Of a stretch of 32,000 nucleotides of DNA, positions 26,963 to 32,000 are shown piece after piece (the first letter of the stretch is position 1; every line of letters starts with the position of its first letter). The translations under genes and the position numbers were made by a program. The DNA is from Deltaproteobacteria bacterium (GTDB lineage Bacteria; Desulfobacterota; Desulfuromonadia; Geobacterales; Pseudopelobacteraceae). The stretch spans positions 86,302 to 118,301 of the forward strand of contig JAJXYO010000062.1 of NCBI GenBank assembly GCA_021780495.1, read 5' to 3'. The notes below the pieces were generated by a model. It did no database searches and was not told where the DNA came from. It saw only the letters and a list, made by a program, of their open reading frames with translations.

Positions 26963-28024
26963 TCAGAAGCTGATTTTCTTACAAACAGCACCAGAATATT
27001 TTTTTTCTTCCGGAACTCCGAAAATCAGAGAGATTGCGCACTTTGAAGCGAGCATTTCTTCATAGCTGTGACCTACGCCAATAACTTCGTAGCCTCGATG
27101 TTTGAGCTTGACCTGATTGTCAGCCAGATGGTGCTCGTATCGGATATACGCCAGGCCACGTTTCAGACGGTTCGCGCCTTGGGCCTCAGCACTGCACGAT
27201 TTGTCCAGCAATCTGTGGTTCGGGTCTTTATCATCAGACCCCAGAAGATATGTAACATCACGATCGGCATAACGCATGAACAGCTGCTGCCCCGTGTGCT
27301 TCCCCGCATAGGGAATAATTTTGTCGATTCCGTAACGGTATTCGTTGTAGGAATGACAGCCGGCGGGGTTGAAGTAGGTAAAGGTATGGCCGTTTGGTCG
27401 TTCGCGTGTGAAATACAGATATGACGGGGAATTAGCAACGACATACCGAAGTTCAATGCCGGAAGAGAGGATGCGTTTGTGGATTTTGTTTAAAGCAGCA
27501 TACCGTTGAACAAAGGCCCCGCCGTCAGAATGCCCAACAACCACGATACGTACCAGAGCCGGGAAGCGGCTTCTATTTGCCACAAATGACAACAGATCAT
27601 CGAATACCTTAAATGAACTTAGATATGGCGCATTAATAGATACTTCGCCGCTTGGCCATCCCATTACCTTCCAGAAGGGCAACCCTTGCATCTCTGCTAT
27701 TTCGACGTCAGGCGTTGCCAAGAAGTCCGGAGCGATCAACAGGGTTTTATCATTGGTGACACCGCGGGCCATCATCAACCTCATCCCTTCGTTAAAATAA
27801 TCTTGCCCGTTTCGCTGCAAGCCATGTTGTATGACGACAACACGCTTGACCCGTTTCATATCCGAATTCATCGGCCTGTTGGCATACACGGAGAAAGAGT
27901 ATGTTGCTGACCCCTTACCCAATTCAATCCTCTGTGGTTGAAGCAAAGCAGCAGGGGTATCCATTGCCGTCCCGGAACAGATCGAGACAGCCCAGAAAAA
28001 GATCGTTAACAAAAAGGTAGTCAT
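26963..28024 (-). CDS. Secreted alpha/beta hydrolase-fold protein
   Basis: 353 aa; signal peptide; 'VVIQHGLQRNGQDYF', 'VVGHSDGGAFVQRYAA' (GHSDG), C-terminal 'GVGHSYEEM'. Confidence 0.78.
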   Translation of the reverse strand: MTTFLLTIFFWAVSICSGTAMDTPAALLQPQRIELGKGSATYSFSVYANRPMNSDMKRVKRVVVIQHGLQRNGQDYFNEGMRLMMARGVTNDKTLLIAPDFLATPDVEIAEMQGLPFWKVMGWPSGEVSINAPYLSSFKVFDDLLSFVANRSRFPALVRIVVVGHSDGGAFVQRYAALNKIHKRILSSGIELRYVVANSPSYLYFTRERPNGHTFTYFNPAGCHSYNEYRYGIDKIIPYAGKHTGQQLFMRYADRDVTYLLGSDDKDPNHRLLDKSCSAEAQGANRLKRGLAYIRYEHHLADNQVKLKHRGYEVIGVGHSYEEMLASKCAISLIFGVPEEKKYSGAVCKKISF

Positions 28025-28131
28025 AAGGTTTCTGCCTGTTAGTTTATATTTTTATAAAAGCCTTTATATGGCTGAACCAGTGCCAGCAGACACATTCTGC
28101 GCAAGGCAACTGCCCGGATGTAACGGGTGTG

Positions 28132-28473
28132 TTAGGCAAGAGGAGGTAATCCGGGGGGAGCCCGTGGTGGTGAGAGCCCCAGCGACAACGGGGGTACAGG
28201 TAAATAATTGTGGTGGAGTTCTTGAGAGGCGGTACCGACAACAGGACGAAAAACGAGGCTGAGTTGAATTGCTATAGCAGGGTCTTCAGCAACCTTTACA
28301 ACAGAATGAACCATTGTACGGGAAGGAGTATTATCCAGAACAGCACGTCGCATAGGCTTGGGCTTATGCTGACATGAAAAGTCTGTTACCTTCATCCCCA
28401 CAAAGACGAGAAACAATGGGATCAGAAGGGTTATGAAACGAAAACTGCGTCCATGTTTTGCGAACTTATTCAT
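28132..28473 (-). CDS. Hypothetical protein with a signal/anchor segment and Pro-rich C-terminus
   Basis: 113 aa; 'SFRFITLLIPLFLVFVGMKVTDFSC'; no family recognised; weak coding support. Confidence 0.45.
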   Translation of the reverse strand: MNKFAKHGRSFRFITLLIPLFLVFVGMKVTDFSCQHKPKPMRRAVLDNTPSRTMVHSVVKVAEDPAIAIQLSLVFRPVVGTASQELHHNYLPVPPLSLGLSPPRAPPGLPPLA

Positions 28474-28545
28474 GATGCCAACCTACCAGATTCTTAAATT
28501 CAGCACAAGCTGGTATACGGACAATACGGGCGCAACGCGGCTGCA

Positions 28546-28950
28546 TTATGGCAAAGAAGCAGTGATGATGAACTCGGGAGGGTCGGACATAACCTTTTTA
28601 ACCGTGCAAAGTTCCGCTGTCTTTACAATGGCGTTCAGGTATTTCTCAGGGAAACCTGGGGGGAGCAGAATATCGATTGTCAGCCTCGAAAGCCTTTTCT
28701 TGCCAGTATCGTCGATACTGAATTCCATCTGCTGGGTGAGCAGCATCCCTTCCGTGTCGATCCCCCGTTGCTGACAGAAGCTGAGAACGTAAATCCCGGC
28801 ACAGGTGCCGAGTGAAGCGAGAAAATAGATGAAAGGGCTTGGCGCAGATCCTTCACCTCCATCTTCCACCGATTGATCCGTAGGAATGACCACCTCCCCG
28901 ATTTCCGCATTTACCTTTTTCCCGCCCGGGAACGTGATCCTCATCTCCAT
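28546..28950 (-). CDS. OsmC/Ohr family protein
   Basis: 134 aa; 'GEGSAPSPFIYFLASLGTCAGIYVLSFCQQRG', 'VKTAELCTVKKVMSDPPEF'. Confidence 0.87.
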   Translation of the reverse strand: MEMRITFPGGKKVNAEIGEVVIPTDQSVEDGGEGSAPSPFIYFLASLGTCAGIYVLSFCQQRGIDTEGMLLTQQMEFSIDDTGKKRLSRLTIDILLPPGFPEKYLNAIVKTAELCTVKKVMSDPPEFIITASLP

Positions 28951-28991
28951 ACATTCACCCTTTCCTTTATGTTACGGCAATACGAGCAGCA

Positions 28992-30194
28992 TCATGGCGA
29001 AATTGTCACAGATGCTTGCGGCCGCTCGTTGAGCAGCAACTGAAGCTGAAGCGTGCCAGGCAGATGTGCATTTTTGGCGGCGTGAATCATAAAGATGACT
29101 TCACGGTGCTGATTTGCCGCCACCTCGATGTCATGTACCTGCCCAAGCAGTTCGACACCACCGGTAGGTTCACCGTTAACGCGGAGCGAGTACACCTGGG
29201 AAGCTTGGGAGCGATTACCGATGATTGCCCGCCAGGGCTGTGCAAGCGAGCCGTCCGGCAAACGACGCTGATCGGCAGTTGCAACCCTTTGAACAGCAAA
29301 GACAGACTGGGTTCTGGTTATTACTCCCCAGATCAGACCTGCCAGCAGCAGCAGCGTCGCCAATAACAGTATCGCCGTTATGTTGCCGAGACGAAACCTG
29401 GTACCTTTTACCGTCCCGAAACGGTAGCCGATCAACCCGAGCCCGTCAGGTTTTTTCTCCATGACGGCCCGACACGCATCGATACAGCGCCCGCAGCCAA
29501 TACATTCAACCTGAAAACCGTTACGGATATCGATTCCCATCGGGCAGCTGCGAACGCAGGCGTTACACCGCACGCAACGCTCCCGGGTTTCTTCCAGAAA
29601 GGACAGGTTCAGGGTGCCGGCATCCATCAAGGCCGTCTGGAATCTGCCGTAGGGACAATAACTGCGGCAGAAACTCCGCTTGATCAGCATCAGGTTGAGA
29701 TAACCGCACAGCGTCATCACCAGGAAGATCACAACCATGAAGCGGTGATCGGAGAGATGAAGAAGGTCTGTAACAACCTGACCGGGAGGCATGAACCAAC
29801 AGAACATATTGAAGGCGATCAACTTCGCAAGAATCAAGGCTGACAGGTGTTCGAGAGGTCGCACAACTGAAACAGGCACCGTCGTTTTGAATCTTCGCGT
29901 CACCACATCCATCAGATCATTGAAAACCGTTTGCGGACAGAGCCAGCCGCACCAGACCCTTCCAAGCACGGTCGTCACCAGCAAAAAAGAAACCACACCC
30001 AGTAAAACCACCAGCAGCACAAGATAAAACTGATCGATCCTAAGCGGTATCCCCGCCAGAAAGAGCGTCATCCCGGCGATATCCATGCGGAGAAAAGGAT
30101 TGCCCGCTATCGTCACAAACGGCAGGAGCAACGCCGTAACGATCAAGAGGCCCTGAACAAACTGGCGTTTATGGGTAATTCGCGGGAGAGGCAT
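28992..30194 (-). CDS. CcoG/FixG/NapH-like polyferredoxin membrane protein
   Basis: 400 aa; 'GRVWCGWLCPQTVFNDL', 'CRSYCPYGRFQ', 'CVRCNACVRSCPMGIDIRNGFQVECIGCGRCIDAC'. Confidence 0.87.
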   Translation of the reverse strand: MPLPRITHKRQFVQGLLIVTALLLPFVTIAGNPFLRMDIAGMTLFLAGIPLRIDQFYLVLLVVLLGVVSFLLVTTVLGRVWCGWLCPQTVFNDLMDVVTRRFKTTVPVSVVRPLEHLSALILAKLIAFNMFCWFMPPGQVVTDLLHLSDHRFMVVIFLVMTLCGYLNLMLIKRSFCRSYCPYGRFQTALMDAGTLNLSFLEETRERCVRCNACVRSCPMGIDIRNGFQVECIGCGRCIDACRAVMEKKPDGLGLIGYRFGTVKGTRFRLGNITAILLLATLLLLAGLIWGVITRTQSVFAVQRVATADQRRLPDGSLAQPWRAIIGNRSQASQVYSLRVNGEPTGGVELLGQVHDIEVAANQHREVIFMIHAAKNAHLPGTLQLQLLLNERPQASVTISP

Positions 30195-30289
30195 GATGAA
30201 AGTTAGCCCCGATCAATACATTGTACATTTATTGCACTCGTGATCCTGCATAGATAGCACGTCGAGCTGACTGATGCAGCCTTACTACG

Positions 30290-31969
30290 TCAGCTTGCGT
30301 CTCTGAGCGGATATGGCCACGCAAGAATGCCGCCATCCATGTATTTTGTATTCTCAAAACCTGCGGCGTCAAGGATTCTGTGGGCTTCGTACCCTCGCAG
30401 GCTGACCTTGCAGAACGTGATGATCTCCTTGTTCCTGGGGAGTTCTTCCAGTTTTTCCCGCAACAGGCCCAAAGGCATCAGTGTTGCCCCCTCGATCCCG
30501 GTTTCGTCATACTCTGCCGGTGAGCGCACATCGAGCAGGATGAAATCCTCCTCTGCGTCAAACTTACGCTTCACGTCATGCGGCGAGACACCTCTGGCAT
30601 GGCCGGCCAGCTTGTTTTTCAGGATATCCGCAGCCACGATCAGGTTATCCATGGCTGCGGAATACGGTGGGGCATAGGCAAGGTCCAGCTGCGACAGCTG
30701 CTCGGCGGTGGCATGGAAGGTTATGGCGGTTGCCGCGGCATCAAGCCGTTTGTCCACGGCACCCTCACCTGCGGCCTGCAGACCGAGCAATCTACCGGTT
30801 GTGCGTTCTGCGACCAACTTCAGGACGATCGGCTTGGCGCCGGGGAAGAAGTGCGCCTTGTCGTGGGCCGGCGAGAGTACTGTCTCCACGTCAAAGCCAT
30901 TGGCCCGCGCCTCGCTTTCGCTCAGACCGGTTTTGCCGGCATTGATATTGAAAACCTTGAGGATGCTGGTGCCGATAACTCCAGCAAAGACAGCCTCACC
31001 TCCGGCAGCATTGATTCCGGCGACACGCCCCTGTTTATTGGCGGTACTGCCCAGCGGGATATAGACCTTTTTACCCGTGATCAGATGGTTGGTTTCGCAG
31101 CAGTCACCACAGGCATAGATAGCGGGATCATTGGTACAGAGCCGCGCATCGACCGAGATAGCGCCGGTTACCCCTAGATCGAGACCTGCGGCCCGAGCCA
31201 GTCCGACATTGGGGGTCACGCCGGGTGCCAGCACCACCAGATCGGCGGGCAGTTCCTGTCCGCCGATACGCACAGCCGATACCGTTGTATGCCCGATGAA
31301 CCCGGTCACAGCGCAACCGGTCATAACCGTCACCCCCTGCTGCCTGAGGTGTTTCTCGACGAGGTACGCCATTTCCGGGTCCAGTACTCCCGGCAGGAGC
31401 TGATCGCGCATTTCGATGACCGTCACCCGCATACCCTTTTTCTGCAAGGCCTCAGCGGTTTCCAGACCAATCAGTCCACCGCCGACAATACACGCCCTAT
31501 CGCCGGAAATGGCGCAGTTTTTCAGCAACTCGGCGTCTGCAATGGATTTGACCGTCAGGATATTGGGCAGGCCGACCTTGTCGATGGCGGGAATGAACGG
31601 TGAGCTGCCGGTGGCGAGGATCAACCGGTCATATCCAAGCGATGAGCTCTGTCCGGTTGACGTATCGAGGAGATGGACAACCTTTGATTCACGGTCGATA
31701 CCGGTCACTTCAACACCGGTCTGGACTGTTACTCCCTTGACCTTTTTAAAAAAGTGGGCATCGCGGACAACGCCCACCGCCGTACTCATCAGCTCCTTCA
31801 CGTCAGCTACGGTATCGGACACGAAATAGGGTATGCCACACGCGCCGTACGAGATAAAAGTGCCTCTGTCAATCAAGGTGACTTCCGCCTTGGGATTGAT
31901 TCGTTTCGCCTTTGAGGCGGCCTTGGCCCCGGCGGCGTTTGCGCCGACGACAACTATTCGCATCTTCAT
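30290..31969 (-). CDS. CoA-disulfide/NADH-dependent persulfide reductase family protein with C-terminal rhodanese domain
   Basis: 559 aa; 'VVVGANAAGAKAASKAKRINPKAEVTLIDRGTFISYGACGIPYFVSD', C-terminal 'FILLDVRSPAEYDETGIEGA...EIITFCKVSLRGYEAHRIL'. Confidence 0.88.
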   Translation of the reverse strand: MKMRIVVVGANAAGAKAASKAKRINPKAEVTLIDRGTFISYGACGIPYFVSDTVADVKELMSTAVGVVRDAHFFKKVKGVTVQTGVEVTGIDRESKVVHLLDTSTGQSSSLGYDRLILATGSSPFIPAIDKVGLPNILTVKSIADAELLKNCAISGDRACIVGGGLIGLETAEALQKKGMRVTVIEMRDQLLPGVLDPEMAYLVEKHLRQQGVTVMTGCAVTGFIGHTTVSAVRIGGQELPADLVVLAPGVTPNVGLARAAGLDLGVTGAISVDARLCTNDPAIYACGDCCETNHLITGKKVYIPLGSTANKQGRVAGINAAGGEAVFAGVIGTSILKVFNINAGKTGLSESEARANGFDVETVLSPAHDKAHFFPGAKPIVLKLVAERTTGRLLGLQAAGEGAVDKRLDAAATAITFHATAEQLSQLDLAYAPPYSAAMDNLIVAADILKNKLAGHARGVSPHDVKRKFDAEEDFILLDVRSPAEYDETGIEGATLMPLGLLREKLEELPRNKEIITFCKVSLRGYEAHRILDAAGFENTKYMDGGILAWPYPLRDAS

Positions 31970-32000
31970 GCCTGTCTCCCCTATGGATAATTATGCAGCT

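Noticed and set aside
28068-28262. 64 aa plus-strand ORF rich in Cys and Arg as a possible peptide precursor
   Set aside because: Overlaps the minus-strand hypothetical ORF 28132..28473, no recognisable leader/core structure and no tailoring enzyme next to it; neither strand is strongly supported.

Overview
This window is from a Gram-negative bacterium; gene content suggests a Desulfuromonadales/deltaproteobacterial-like host (inference only). The main object is a very compact minus-strand operon (15069 down to past base 1, at least 15 complete genes plus one cut by the edge). It encodes a type II PKS/FAS-like pathway: two complete or near-complete KSs, one half-KS, one ACP, a FabG-like KR, two hotdog dehydratases, a 4HBT thioesterase, a PaaK-like ligase, a PlsC-like acyltransferase and a CrtI-like FAD oxidoreductase, with a LolA / MMPL / lipoprotein export module. 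This core resembles aryl-polyene (APE) clusters and also the proposed 'ladderane-type' clusters. The unusual part is its radical-SAM content: a B12-binding-type radical SAM protein at the operon end, another probable one starting at base 91 and running off the left edge (missed by the ORF track), an ORF fusing radical SAM/SPASM to an ApeP-like dehydratase, and two more radical SAM genes just upstream (15241-18278). The rest looks more ordinary: PagL-like protein, alpha/beta hydrolases, lytic transglycosylase, two DUF507 genes, hemW, initiator tRNA, small TauE-like protein, secreted CHAP-like protein plus hydrolase, OsmC, CcoG/FixG-like ferredoxin protein, and a CoA-disulfide/persulfide reductase with a rhodanese domain. 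No CRISPR array, rRNA or transposase was seen. All family calls come from reading motifs by eye, not from database searches.
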